From: Mobula hypostoma
Lineage: Eukaryota
NCBI RefSeq assembly: GCF_963921235.1
Contig: NC_086109.1
Coordinates: 27,406,001-27,470,000, forward strand
DNA: 64,000 nucleotides
Direction of reading: 5' to 3'
In this document: positions 35,256-48,215 of the stretch, piece by piece
Position numbering within the stretch: the stretch's first letter is position 1
Layout: every line of letters begins with the position of its first letter
Position numbers and translations under genes: made by a program
The notes under the pieces: generated by a model
Databases searched by the model: none
What the model was told of the DNA's origin: nothing
Seen by the model: the letters and a program-made list of their open reading frames with translations, nothing else

Positions 35256-37861
35256 TTGAGGGATGACTAATTGCATGGATCCCACTGGATCCTGACTTTC
35301 AAGGTCAAGAGAGTGGAAATGCCCAAACTCGCCAATACAGGGTTTCCTGTCATCGTCGGATTCGATGGTCAACCACACTTTAAGATACATTGAATGCTAT
35401 TTCAAGTACATTTAATTCTTGAATATAAAATGTTCACAATGAGCGGTTGCCAAACTTTAGTACATCCATTTTGCGGTTAGGAAGCTGAGTGCAACCAAAT
35501 AGAAATGATCTGTTATTCACTGTACTCAGTAGTTTTACAGGGTTTCTATGGAAAAATTACCAGAAATGACTCGCCTCAAATAATGCTCATTTCATGGCCC
35601 TCAAGTGATTTATTGAGTACTTGTTTGACTGTTAATAGCCATGGAAATTAATCCCATTCTGCAGAACAAAAAAGAATTGGAAATTAAATGAAGCGTTAAA
35701 TACTGTTTACCTAAACAGCCAATTCTGGATTTTGAAATACATCTCTCAATTTTAACATCAGAAGAATAAGCTAAAAAATGCAGACTCTATGCAAAACCTG
35801 GATCCTGTCTGACTCTTTACGATGTTAAGGTTCAAGTGTTGTGAATTCATGGTCTGCATCATTTGCAGTTCAGACCAATCTCAATATCTAGATTATCACT
35901 GCCCTTGCAACGTTTGCCTGAACATCCAGATGTTAGGAAACCAAGCTTCCCCTGGTGAGGATGTACTGTACATAATGTGAAGAGCATGTTACAGTTTTTA
36001 ACAGCTTGAAGCTCAGGTATTGCCACTGGGCTGAAATACTGCCAGGCCATAGCTCATCATAATTTTACTTCTAGAGTTGGCTATTTCATTGCTCTCCAAT
36101 ACAGCTCCATAGCTGCTATCATCCTCAAATAAAATTGAAATCAGCAAAAAGAAAGCTAAATATGTTCTATGTCCTTGCATGTCTCATTCATAAAATCTTG
36201 AGTGTTCTCAGTCAGACAACATTCAAGATTTTAAACGCTTATCTGTCTGTTTCTATCACTCCCACGCTTGATCACTCCAAACACTTAACTTCCTTCAACC
36301 CTCCCCACTCCCTGAAACTATGCTTTTTTATGACTGTATATTTTGCTTCCCTGATATTTCCCTCTCATAAATAATGTCTTTACTTTTAGCTGCCAAGGAA
36401 TTTCCCCCCATGAACATCTCCATCTCCCTTTTCCTCCTTCAAGTCTACCTATTGACTGAAGCTGCTCTCAAACTTCTTATATGGCTCAAATTCATGTTTA
36501 AATGTGCTTTTCTTAAACACCTTGGGACATTTTAACATTTTAAAGATAATACAGTTATAAAAAATATTGTTCTTGTTGCTTAGCAGTCTGAATCCAGTAC
36601 TGCATATAGTATAAAATAACAATATTCACTGGGTTTCATAGCAATCCAATATATAATTTCCTTTTGAGGTATATCTGAAGAACTTGGAAAAATAACTTAT
36701 TTCATTTGATGCATTTTCAGAAGCTATCATCACATGTGATAATTGTCAATTGACTCCATCCAATTTTTCTACATAAAAGGCAGGACATCTCCTTTCACAG
36801 TATGTTAAAACAAAGCTGACAGGTTTGTCAATACCATCTCCTGTAAAATACATTAGAGTCAAACTTATATTGACAAGCAATGAATAACATCGGTCAATAG
36901 AGGTAACTAAAAGGTTGAATGTTATATTCTTGTTCAAAAGAGGATTCCTGGCTACAACAACTGAAGTAATGCTGTGCTTTGCATAACTGTAATACTAAAT
37001 CACAAACCAGTTTATGGTCACTCTCTTTCCAAGTTAAAATTTCATCTATGGTGTACTTTTTGAGGGTAGTACCTTTTTGTTATAACTTTGTGAAGTGAGT
37101 CATGTGGTAATAGGGCACAGCACTTCATCAGATGTTAGAGTAGAGAACTCCTTGCTGTTAAAGTTAGTATAAAGTTAGTTATTGGAAGTGAAACAGAAAA
37201 TACAAAAAAATACTCAGCAGGTCAGGTGGCAGTGTTAATATTTTAAGTTGGTAGTTTTTATTAGAACTGGAAAAGAGAGAGAAAAATAAACATATTTTAA
37301 GTTGTATAGAGAGGGAGGGATGAAGAACACAAGTAGAAAGTCTGTGGTAGGATGGAGAACAAAGATCTCTCAAGGACATAAAACATTATTGTTGCTGTCG
37401 AAGGGAAGGTGAAGAATACTTTTTGATTGTAGCCAATATGTGTGAACGGGGTGAAATAGGGCAGTACTAAATAAAATAATTTCATTTTAACATGCTGAGC
37501 ACAGCAGTTGTCAGAAATCTGAAACAAAAGAGAAGGCAGGAGATATTCGACAAATCAGATAGCACTCGTGGAGAGTGAAACTGAGTTAATATTGAGGATG
37601 TTCAAGGTCAATAACTGGCCTTTCAGATATCAGCAGAAAGGGCTGATTATCTGTAACTATTGAGGTCAAGATAAAATCCCAAGTGTTGCAACATGCCAAG
37701 GCAAAAGATATGCTGTTCCTTAAGCTTATGTTGGGATTCAGTGAAACTGGATGGGAGTCCAGTTCTAATCACTTTGCATTGCTCTACCTCTCTATATTTT
37801 AAAGGATACCTGTTTACTGATTTTGACAATTATGATGATATGCCAGCAACCTGAAATCTTA

Positions 37862-38855
37862 GCAACACACACAAAAATGCTGGAGGAACTCAGCAGGCCA
37901 GCCAGCATCTATTGAAAAGCATACAGATGATGTTTTAGGCTGAGACCCTTCACCTGGACTGGAGAAAATAAGATAAGGAGTCAGAGTTAGAAGAGGGGCC
38001 ATGGGAGGAAGAAACACAAGGTGATAGGTGTTTGGGCATAATTTCAGAATGAGGGTAGGTACCGGGAGGGGTGAAATAAGGGGCCTGAAGTAAAGAGCTG
38101 GTAAGTTGATTGCTGAAAGAGATACAGGGCTGGAGAAGGGGAACTTGATAGAAGAGGACAGAAGGCGATAGAAGAAAGAAAAAGGGGAGGTGCAACAGAG
38201 GGAGGTGATTGGCAGGTAAGGAGAAGAGGGAAAGGGGATGGGGAATGGTGAAATTGGGAGGGAGGGCATTACTGGAAGTTCAAGAAATCGATGTTCATGC
38301 CATCAGGTTGGAAGCTACCCAGACGGAATATAAGGTGATGCTTCTCCAACCTGAGTGTGGCGTCCTCTATTGTCGCGATGTCCCAGTCAATTTCTCAGGA
38401 AATATGACGTATGCAATACTGAGAATGTTTCCTCTGTTTGGGCATAATTTCAGAATGAGGGTAGGTACAGTTGCACATTTATGTTGGAGATGAGAAGCAA
38501 ATTCTTCTCTGAAGGCTGCAAATTACTGCATTTCTCTACCCCATATGAAATAGAATCACTGAATATATTCAAGACCAAATTTTTGATCTTTACAGTAGTT
38601 AAAAGATATGAGGAACAGACAAGAAAGTAGAGCTAAGTCTAAAACTGGAGGGGATGTCATCTTGTAAAACAGCAGAGAAGGCCAAAGAGTCTCATCAACG
38701 CAACACACAAAAATGCTGGAGGAACTCAGTAGGCTGGGCAGCATCTATAAAAACATTGACTGTACTCGTTTCCATAAATGCTGCCTCCCCTGCTGAGTTT
38801 CTCAAGCATTTTGTGTGTTTTGCTTGGATTTCCAGCATCTGCAGATTTTCTCTTG
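37862..38855. mobile_element. Chimeric Penelope insertion: inverted Penelope 3' part, captured ~300-bp sequence, palindromic mini-element
   Basis: Perfect 14-bp TSD AACCTGAAATCTTA at 37848-37861 and 38856-38869; 38400-38853 is an inverted copy of 43884-44345. Confidence 0.85.
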
Positions 38856-38924
38856 AACCTGAAATCTTAACTCTCTTTCTCTCTCTGTATATGCTGCCTG
38901 ATCTGCTGAGTATTTGAAGCATTT

Positions 38925-39180
38925 TACAACACAGAACAGTACAGCACAGTACAGGCCTTTTAGCCCACAATGTTGTGCTAACCTTTTAACCTACCCTAAA
39001 ATCAATCTAATCCTTTCTTCCTACATAGCCCTTCACTCCGCTTTCATCCAGGTGCCTAAGAGTTTCTTAGACGTCCTCTAGAATGAACTACCTTTCTCCG
39101 TAAAAAAAACTTTCCTCTGACACCCCCCCATCATAAAATCCTCCAATCACTTTAAAGTTATGCCCCCTCATGTTAGATAT
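38925..39180 (-). mobile_element. CR1 3' end fragment
   Basis: acagaacagtacagcacagtacaggccttttagcccacaatgttgtgc; NMRGHNFKVIGG on the minus strand. Confidence 0.75.
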
Positions 39181-40259
39181 TGTCTGTATTTGTTTCAGAT
39201 TTCCAGATTTGAACAGGTTTTTGTTTGAGGTTTGTCCCTTCCTGAAAATCATACACCTGTAATTGTTATTGTAAGTAGAACTTACTTCAATTCCAATGCC
39301 ATCCATTTTGGAGTGCATTCCAGATCCAAGGACAATCTGCCATATATGACATTAACTGGCCTCTACCAATCCAATTGTGAAATTATCATGCAGTACGAGT
39401 ACAAACATCAAATAGAAAATCAAATTACCATAAAACTTCAGTTAATGGCAAGATTTTGAAAGACGAGTGAAGACTTTTAAAATAATTAAATATTTTACTG
39501 AAATTACCTTAAACCTATATCTAGGATATTAATGCAAAAGCTATAACTTTCAAAATATATATATTTGTGAAGAATACTTGCAGAGAAGGAGAGAGGAGAA
39601 GAGGATGGAGGGCTCATTATGCTGGGTTTCAGTTGAACAATATGCAAAATTTCAAATATTCACACTTCTGTTCATTTCCTTCCTAACCTGGACCATTCTT
39701 ATCTGTAAAACCTTTTCTCAGTCCTCCCATGGTGTGAGAACTCTGTTCTTCCAAATCTGTTTCTAACACTGTTGTTTTAATTTGCCTCGCCATGGTGAAC
39801 TTAGTTTCAGCTGTATACAACAAGCTATCGAACCCCCACTACATAAATCAGCTGCTCAGTTGCCTGCAGGTTGTGGTGTGGGAGTTCCCTCCATGACTTT
39901 CCTCATTTTATACTACGCCCGGATGAAAGGAAGGCTCATATAACACCAATTTCACCAAATGTCTAACCTTATTCAAAATCTGCACCTGGAGAAAACATCT
40001 AGAGCAGGGCCACCAAGCCAGGGATTCCCTTCTAAGGTTTCCCTAAACATTGGAAAAAGAACCTACCTAAAAAGAACCACTAAATATTCATAGGCTGAAA
40101 GAAAAGGGCTCAGGGAGAGATTAACTAATTACTCCACGAGTTATAATAAGAATACACAAACATTGCAGGCAGAGTAAAAGCAGAAAAATCCATAAGCAGA
40201 TCCTGCATAATAACTTTGCATGAATCTGTCGATATTAGCAAGTTACACTAAAGCTGCAA

Positions 40260-40740
40260 GATATTACCATATACTCCCCTGAGATTCTTGCAGGCATACA
40301 TAGCAGAACAAAGAAGTGCAATAGATTCAATGAGAAACTCCACATTAACAAAGACTGACAAGCAATCAATGTGCACATGAAGAAAAGCTGTGCAAATACA
40401 AAAAGAGGAATAATAAATAAAAAAATAATACTGAGCAGATGAGTAGCAGAGTCCTTGTAAGTGAATCCTTGGGTTTCAGTGTTAAGGTGAATGAAATTAT
40501 TCTCAATGGTTCAGAAGCGTGAGTTTTGAAGGGTAATAACTGTCCCTGAACCTGAAGGTGTGGGACCCAACTCTCCTCTACCTCTTTGCTGACTGAGGTA
40601 GCAAAAAGAGAACATGATGCAGCAGCAAGAAGAGAAGGTGACCTGGATGGTGGGGTTTGTTGATGATGGATACTACTCCAGTGGTAGTGCTTCTTGTAGA
40701 TGTATTCAATGATGAGGAGTGTGTTTCTTGTGATGGAAAC
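40260..40740 (-). mobile_element. Rex1-type LINE 3' fragment
   Basis: Reverse complement of the same 3' end as 16210-16690. Confidence 0.7.
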
Positions 40741-42079
40741 AACTTGTTGCCCGGTGATGTGAGTCAATGGCGGTGTTGATGGTCATGTGACAGTGAATAG
40801 GTTACAGGCCCACAAGTAGGCTCTAAGTCTCAGCATACACTCAGTGGGCTGTAAGGCTTTCTTCAATATCACATGGAAATATTCGTTTGTTACATGTAGT
40901 GTCATATGATGTGGGTGATCATGGCCTTTCCATGACCATGATCGTTCTTGGCAAATTTTTCTGCAGAAGTGGTTTGCCATTGATTTCTCCTGGATGGAAA
41001 TGTCAAGTAATACAAAATCAAATCAATCCATATTCAAAGAGGATGTAAAACCAAAAGAGAAGTGGAACTATAAGCAAGAAGTCAAATGAAAAGGCAAAGT
41101 GCTGAAGAATCTGGAAGCAATAGGTAGAAGATCTTACAAATGATCTTCAGTTGAGATGTTGACACACTTTTTCAGCTGATGAATTTATATGGCTAGAAAA
41201 AAAAAGTTTGTCTTTTTATATTTCAGCGTAACATTTACTGGTGAAGAGAAATATTGGAACCAAATACAGCTGTTAAAACTGTCCTGTTTCATACTTGATG
41301 TTTCAAATACTGAATGTATCTGCTAATGTATTTTAATATCAGTACTCAGGAGTCAGATAAATGATTCAAATAATATTAGCAATTTCATAATGATGCACTA
41401 TTTCTATTCATTTCATGATAGGATTACCCATTAAACAGACATTTATAAAGATGGAAAGTGGCTGTATACTAAAAGACATTTTAATAAACTACAGCTATCT
41501 TTTTTTATTTACTGATGGGTTCAATGCAGTGCTGGATTGAATGCCAATTTCAATTATTTAAATTTAATGCAACTAATCATGATAACTGATTGAAACAACT
41601 TCCAGTGAAGCAAGCCGCTTTTCCTCCCCATGTCATTTTCTCATTGGTGCTATTGCAACCTGTTTATTAATTGTGATATTGAACACAGAGCAAAGAGGAA
41701 TTCTGCAAAAGCTCACATTCAATTAAGTACAGTATACAGTACTTCAAATTGGAAAGATAGTAAGTAAGTTCAGAGAACATTATCTCTGACAAAAGTCAAA
41801 GGGTAATTATGTAAATGTTCTATTTAAGTAAGAAAAATTAGTTTGAAATAAACCAGTGAAAGACTTGTCACTTTACTATCACAGAGAGGTTAAACAGGTT
41901 AAGCAATTATATAATTAAATAGAAGAAAATGGAATTTAATTGCTCAATGACTTGGTTACAGGCAATTAAACTAATAACACTAATTATAATTATATTTAGT
42001 AATTGTAAAAATTGAAGTCACATGCAAACTATGGAACCCCCTAAGATATATTGCTGAATATATTTTAGCCAATTCCACC

Positions 42080-42436
42080 CAGGGTGGAAGGCAGCCCTTT
42101 CCTCCATTAGCTTGCAGGTCACCCTCGGGCAAGGTGTAGCACCTGCTTAGTAATCCCTTCCCCCACCCCTCGATCAGGGTCACATGAAGCCATGGGAGCA
42201 GGTCGTGGATGGTTGTAAGAGCAGCTGGTACACATCTCAATTCGTAGTATATGACCGCTGACGCCAGGCAGACAATCTCTCAAGAGTATTGATCATGTCT
42301 GGGGTCACACATATTGTAAAGGCACTGGCACAAAGAAGGTAGTGGCAAACCACTTTGGTAGACAAATTTGCCGGGAACAATCATAGTCATGAGACCATGA
42401 TCGCCCATGTCATATGACACAGGACATAGTGATGAT
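42080..42436 (+). mobile_element. RTE-related short element (same family as 8218-8565)
   Basis: gcaggtcaccctcgggcaaggtgtagcacctgcttag...gaaggtagtggcaaaccac...gatgatga. Confidence 0.8.
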
Positions 42437-42450
42437 GAGAATGATATTGC

Positions 42451-43738
42451 CGCAATTTTGGCTGATAATGACCTACAAAGTTACATAGATACTATTGATA
42501 ACCCATGGGTGAAAGTGACTCTTAAAATATGGAAAACTATTATAAAAGAATATAAACTAGAGAGAGGCATTGCAATTCTTAAATGGTGCGCATATAACTC
42601 GGATTTTACGCGGAATAATCTGGATGCTACATTTAAGGACTGGACAGCTAAAGGAATAACAGCTATTTGCAATATAATGAAAGAAGGAACACTGTTCAGT
42701 TTTGAAATGCTCAAAGAGAAACACTTATTAGAAAAACAAGGCTTCTACCGGTATTTACAGATGTGACAGTATTTTAATAGGACAGTTAAAAATGTAACCA
42801 AAGCAAGTACATGTTTGATAGAGCTATTTAGAAAAGCATATAATTCAGGCAAAGGTAGTAGAATCATTTCAAGCATGTATAAGAGTTTGTCAAATCTTAA
42901 AACACATTCGACTTCATACATTAAAAAAAAATGGGAGAAGAAGGAGGGATAATAATATCTGAGGAAGAATGGACAATAATATGGAGGTATCAATGGAAGT
43001 GTACCAGTTCACAGAAATGGAGGGATTTCAGGTAGAAAACCTTGATAAGATATTTTGTTACACCCTCTCAGAAATCCCATTATGATAGTAACCTCCCTGT
43101 TTGCTGAAGAAATTGTGGAAATCAAAATGCAAACCATTATCATATTTTCTGGGAATGCCCCATTATCAAAAACTACCAGAGTCAGATATATAATGCCCTA
43201 CAAGACATCTTTAAATGTGAAATACCTTTAGAGAGTAAGACCATATATTTTGGGTATATACCTCAAGGAAGGTTGAAAAGAGGTAATTATTTAATGAATA
43301 TACTGCTGGTGGCTGGTAAAAAGACCCTTACCAGGAAATGGTTGTCACAGGAGAGCCCAACTTTAAATGTATGGATGGAAATTACAATGGACATTTACAA
43401 AATGGAGAAGATAACAGCATTTGTTAATCATAAGTTGGAACAATTTGATTCATACTGGGAAAAATGGATTAACTACTTAACACCTCATAGGCCTGATTTT
43501 ATTCTTACAAGTTAATGAATATGTTGTAAAAAAAGATCACTCCCTACTCTGTACATAGTTTTCTTCTTTCGATTGTTCTTTCTTTCCTCTCCTTTCTATA
43601 AGTGTATACCTCAGATAAATATTATGTGGAGATTTGTGACATATATGATTATATGATATATATGTACAGTATCTGAAATATATCTCATGGAAATGTTTGT
43701 TTGATGATGAAATTCAATAAAAAATAAGTTACAAAACA
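42451..43738 (+). mobile_element. 5'-truncated L1/Tx1-clade LINE
   Basis: ORF2 C-terminal peptides NPWVKVTLKIW...FKDWTAKGI...FSFEMLKEKH and HIFWECP; AATAAA and A-rich tail; perfect 14-bp TSD GAGAATGATATTGC at 42437-42450 and 43739-43752. Confidence 0.92.
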
Positions 43739-43883
43739 GAGAATGATATTGCTGAAATTAAAATATGGCATTTAGAATTTCTTACACAATGTGAAAGCCA
43801 AAAATTCATTTATCCATTCTGCCAATGTTATCACAATAAAAGCATAGGAAATAGGAACAAAGATAAATCATAAGTCTCTTTGC

Positions 43884-44044
43884 AAACCAGAGAAAATCTG
43901 CAGATGCTGAAAAACCAAGCAGCACACACAAGATGCTAGAGGAATTCAGCAGGCCAGGCAGCATCTATAGAAAAGAGTACAGTCGATGTTTCCGTAGATG
44001 CTGCTTGGCCTGCTGAGTTTCTCCAGCATTTGGTGTGTGTTGCC
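43884..44044 (-). mobile_element. Palindromic Penelope mini-element with the hammerhead centre deleted
   Basis: aaaccagagaaaatctgcagatgctg...gcagcatctatag / gatgctgcttggcctgctgag...tgtgtgttgc. Confidence 0.85.
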
Positions 44045-45274
44045 TTGATAAGACTCTGCCCTTCTCTGCTGTTTTATAAGATGATATCTCCAATTTTAGA
44101 CTTAGCTCTACTTTCTTGCCTGTTCCTCATATCTTCTCACTACTCTAAAGATCAAAAATCTATTTGGTCTTGAATATATTCAATGATTCTATTTCATCTC
44201 GGGTAGAGAAATGTAAAAAGTTCACAGCTTTCAGAAAATAATTTTGTTTCTTACCTCCAGCATAAATGTGCAACCCCACCTACACTCATTCTGAAATTGT
44301 GCCCAAACAGAGGAAACATTTTCAATATTCCATATGGCATATTGGTTCAGAAATGTTTGTTTCTATAAAATCACATCTTATTCTTTTAAACTGCAATATG
44401 TACAGATGAAGACCATTAAATCTTTCCTCATAAAGCATACTATTCACTCTAGACAGGAAAGTAGTGAATCTTCTCTGAAAGATCTTCAATGCAAGTAAAG
44501 GGGCCAAAATTGCATGCAGTTTTCCAGGTGTAGACTCTCTAACATCTATCCAGCTTCAGCAAGGCTTATTTACCTTTTGTAATGAAGGTTAATGTCCAAT
44601 CTGCTCTTCAAATTACTTACGGTATCTGCATGCAGGTTTTCGTTGTTTTATGAATGCAGGTTACCTCCCTTTGTACGGCAGCAGCCTGAAGTCTTCGCCC
44701 AGTACAACAATATCCTGCTTTTCAATTCTTTCTCCCAAACCTTTTCTCAAATCTCCTGAGAATTGGCTCAAAAAGTGAAATTAGCATAATCAGTATAAAC
44801 TTTATGCTCCAGGGAAACCTCGCACCATGATTTAAAATTGTACTTATGCAACCGTTCATGACATCAGCAGCAATGAACTTAGGAACATGTGTCGAGGATA
44901 ACCTTTACATCTTTGACATTATTTGCACTAATGTCACCAACATGAGCTCAAGGAATCAGAAAATAAAGCTCAGTTGACATCAAGAATAAACTAAAAATTT
45001 AGTGACACAAAAATTGTCACTCCTGTTAATCTGGCTATGATCTAGACGATCTAAACAAGCTTATACAGGAATCTACAATGTAGGGTCAGAGCTATTTGTA
45101 TAGTTCAAGATGTATGTACTTATTAAGAATCGGGGGAGGCAATTTGGCCCATCGATTCCATGTAGGTTGTCAAGACAGCAGATCTCATTCCCCTTTCCTG
45201 AGTTTTCCTGCAGCCCTACAGCGTAAGCTGATCATATGATTATCTATTATTTTGGTACCTACTTAGCAGAAGTC

Positions 45275-45460
45275 TGTTCTGTGGTGTAGTGGCATCAGCA
45301 CCTGCAGCGCGAAACAAGAGGTCCTGGGTTCGAATCTGGCCGGCTCCTTGCACGAGTTCCACCCATCGAGCTAGCAACTCAGCCTCATAAATCAGACAAG
45401 TGCTAAAGAAACAGCAAGGGTGCCACCTGATGTGCCTAACAACGCAGGGAGGAACTTTGA
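45275..45460 (+). mobile_element. tRNA-derived SINE
   Basis: A-box tggtgtagtgg, B-box ggttcgaatct; shares atcgagctagcaactc with 57028-57183. Confidence 0.75.
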
Positions 45461-46429
45461 ACAGAAGGGATCCATACAATCAATGACAGAAGGGCATCCA
45501 GGACCATTCCCTTAACTGGCTGGTAATCAGGAGAGATGTGGTTCACTAGAACCCAGCATTTCAGAATAAGGTTGAAGTAAGTCAATGACCCGAATTAGTA
45601 ATACTAAGGATGGGCAGGAGTGAGAGGAAATCTTGTGTTTGGCATTACGCACTGGAATTGATCAAGGACAGGATAGCTGCTGTGATGTTGCCAGCCATGG
45701 AGGGATATGAAGACAAGGTTTGGAAAAGATAATCCACGGGAGTGGTTGGGGAATTACAGAATGGGGTTCAGTTGTCAAGACAGGGGAAAGCAGATGAGGG
45801 TCTGGGACTTGGACAAATGTGGGATCAAACAACGGGCTGGTAATTCATGGTGTGCAGAGGCACTTCAGCAAAACTGTTCTGGCCATCTTCAAAATGAATT
45901 TAGAAATGGGTGAAAGAAGAAGAAGAAAAGTTTGAGTATTGCTCTCTTGAGGTATGTAATGGTGAGGCAGCAGGTTGCAGGTGCTTCTTAATAAAGTGTT
46001 TCTAAGCATGTTTTTGATCTATAATGATTTAATGGAAGTAGAAAGCAAACATTTAGAGAGCAAAGAAAACACACACATAACCAGTGAAGAAAAACACATT
46101 TGACAGATGGTGACAACAGACAGAACGCTCATGATGCTGACTGCAAATGGAAAATCATCTATTATTTAGGTCCTGGTAAACTGGATGTGATCCTGTCTGT
46201 AATAAGATGATGAACATGCATTTTTTTATGTAGAAGATAGTACATGTTTAAGAGAAATACCTCAATAATCCATTCTTCAGAGCTGACTAGCACTTACAAT
46301 CACAGAATGACATTTTATGTAATAACATTTTAAGGAAAATATTGACCTTGAAGCTTATAATGACGAACTTTGACATCAAATTATAGTCAAAATATATACA
46401 TCCCAAAGAGGAACAGCTATTAGAAAGGC

Positions 46430-46797
46430 AAGTTGACACAAAAATGGCTATCAAGGGAAGGCTACCAAGGGAAGTCAAAGCCTATATAAAAGCCAAAGAC
46501 AGGGCATATAATAGAGTAAAAATTAGTGGGAAGTTAGAGGATTGGGAAGATTTTAAATACCAAAAGGAGGCAACTAAAAAAGTTATTAAGAGGGTATAAA
46601 GCTATTACAAAGCTAGCCAATAATATTAAAGAGGATACTGAAAGTTTCTTCAGAAACGTCAAGTGTAAAAGAGAGGTGAGAGTGGATATTAGACCACTGG
46701 AAAACGATGCTGGAGAGGTCATAATAAAGGACAAGGAAATGGTGGATGAACTGAGTAAGTATTTTATACCAGTCTTCACTGTGGAAGACACAAGCAA
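46430..46797 (+). mobile_element. CR1 ORF2 internal fragment
   Basis: Similar to 12540-12900 (agtgggaagttagaggattgggaa; cagtcttcactgtggaagacac). Confidence 0.8.
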
Positions 46798-47221
46798 TAG
46801 TGGCAGAATTCAACCCGGGTTGGTGGTACTGCAATAGCGTTACTCTAACCATTACTCTGTTGCCCAATTGTAAGAGGCGAGGAAATTTGTTTAAAATTTT
46901 GATTTACAATAGTCCTCTTATTATTCACAAATCTATCATTTACAAAGAAAAACTTGCTCGAGAAACTCATGTTTTAATTATTTTCTTCCAAATGCAACAT
47001 TTAAGGACTCAAAATCTAATATGGAGCTGATTGATGTTTCCACAGTATTTTATAATGCCTGAATGCCTTTGCAATAGAGATTTACTATTACAGAAAATTA
47101 GCATCACAGCTCTGATTTATGGGTGTTTTATTGCTGTTGTGTCATAAATTCTATACAAAGAGTGCTAAAGATCATATTACTCAAGCAAGACAGCTGCATT
47201 TCCCCCTGTGCTCCAGCTAAC

Positions 47222-47782
47222 AGACACTCAGTGGCCACTTCATTAGATATACTTGTACATCTGCTTGTTGACGTAAATATCTAATCAGCCAATCATATGG
47301 CAGCAACCCAATATATAAAAGCATGCAGACAAAGTCAAGAGGTTCAGTTTGTAGTCGGAATTAAAAACAGAATGGGGAAGAAATATGATCTAAGTGACTT
47401 TGATTGTGAAATGATTGTTGGTGCCAGACAGGGTGGCTTGAGTATCTCCGAAACTAATGATCTCCTGGGATTTTCATGAACAACAATCTCTAGAATTTAC
47501 AGAGAATGATGCAAAAAACTAAAAAAAAATCTAGTGAACAGCAGTTTTGTGGGTAAAAATGGCTTCTTAAAGACAGAGGAAAATGGCCAGATTGGTTCGA
47601 GCTGATAGGAAGGTGAGAACAACTCAAATAAGAACAAGTAGTGTGCAGAAGAGCTTCTGTGAACATGCATCACATCAAATCTTGAAATAGATGGGCTACA
47701 GCAGCAGAAGACCATGAATACACACTCAATGGTCACTTTATTAGGCACAGGAGGGTACCTACTCAAGTGGCCACTGGCTGTA
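47222..47782 (+). mobile_element. Tc1-like non-autonomous DNA transposon
   Basis: TIR remnants acactcagtggccactt / aagtggcccactggctgta; helix-turn-helix remnant MGKKYDLSDFDCEMIVGARQGGLSISETNDLLGFS. Confidence 0.85.
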
Positions 47783-47869
47783 TATCTAAAATAGATTACT
47801 CTGCCACTTATCCAATGTTTCCCTTCATTACAGCAATCCACCCAAGCACATGTCTGTTTGTTATATACC

Positions 47870-48215
47870 ATATCATATGACGTGGACGATCATGGTCTTT
47901 CCATGATCATGACTGTTCTTGGCAAATTTTTCTACAGCAGTGGTTTGTCATTGCCTTCTTCTTTACAAGATGGGTGACCCCAACCATTACCAATACTCCA
48001 CAGAGATTGTCTGCCTGGCCTCAGTAGTTGCATAACCAGGACTTGTGGTATGCACCTGCTGCTCATACAACCATCCACCATCCACTCCCTTAGTCACGTG
48101 ACACTGACCGGGGGGCTAAGCAGGTACTACACTTGGCCCAAGGATGATCTGCAGGTTAGTGGAGGGAAGGAGAGCCTTACACCTCTTTTGAAAGAGACGT
48201 AGCTCTACCCCACCA
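47870..48215 (-). mobile_element. RTE-related short element
   Basis: Reverse complement of the 8218/42080 family. Confidence 0.8.

Noticed and set aside
36746..36937. Minus-strand ORF with a possible acceptor near 36840
   Set aside because: The peptide does not resemble copine or any family I recognise, and I found no matching donor.
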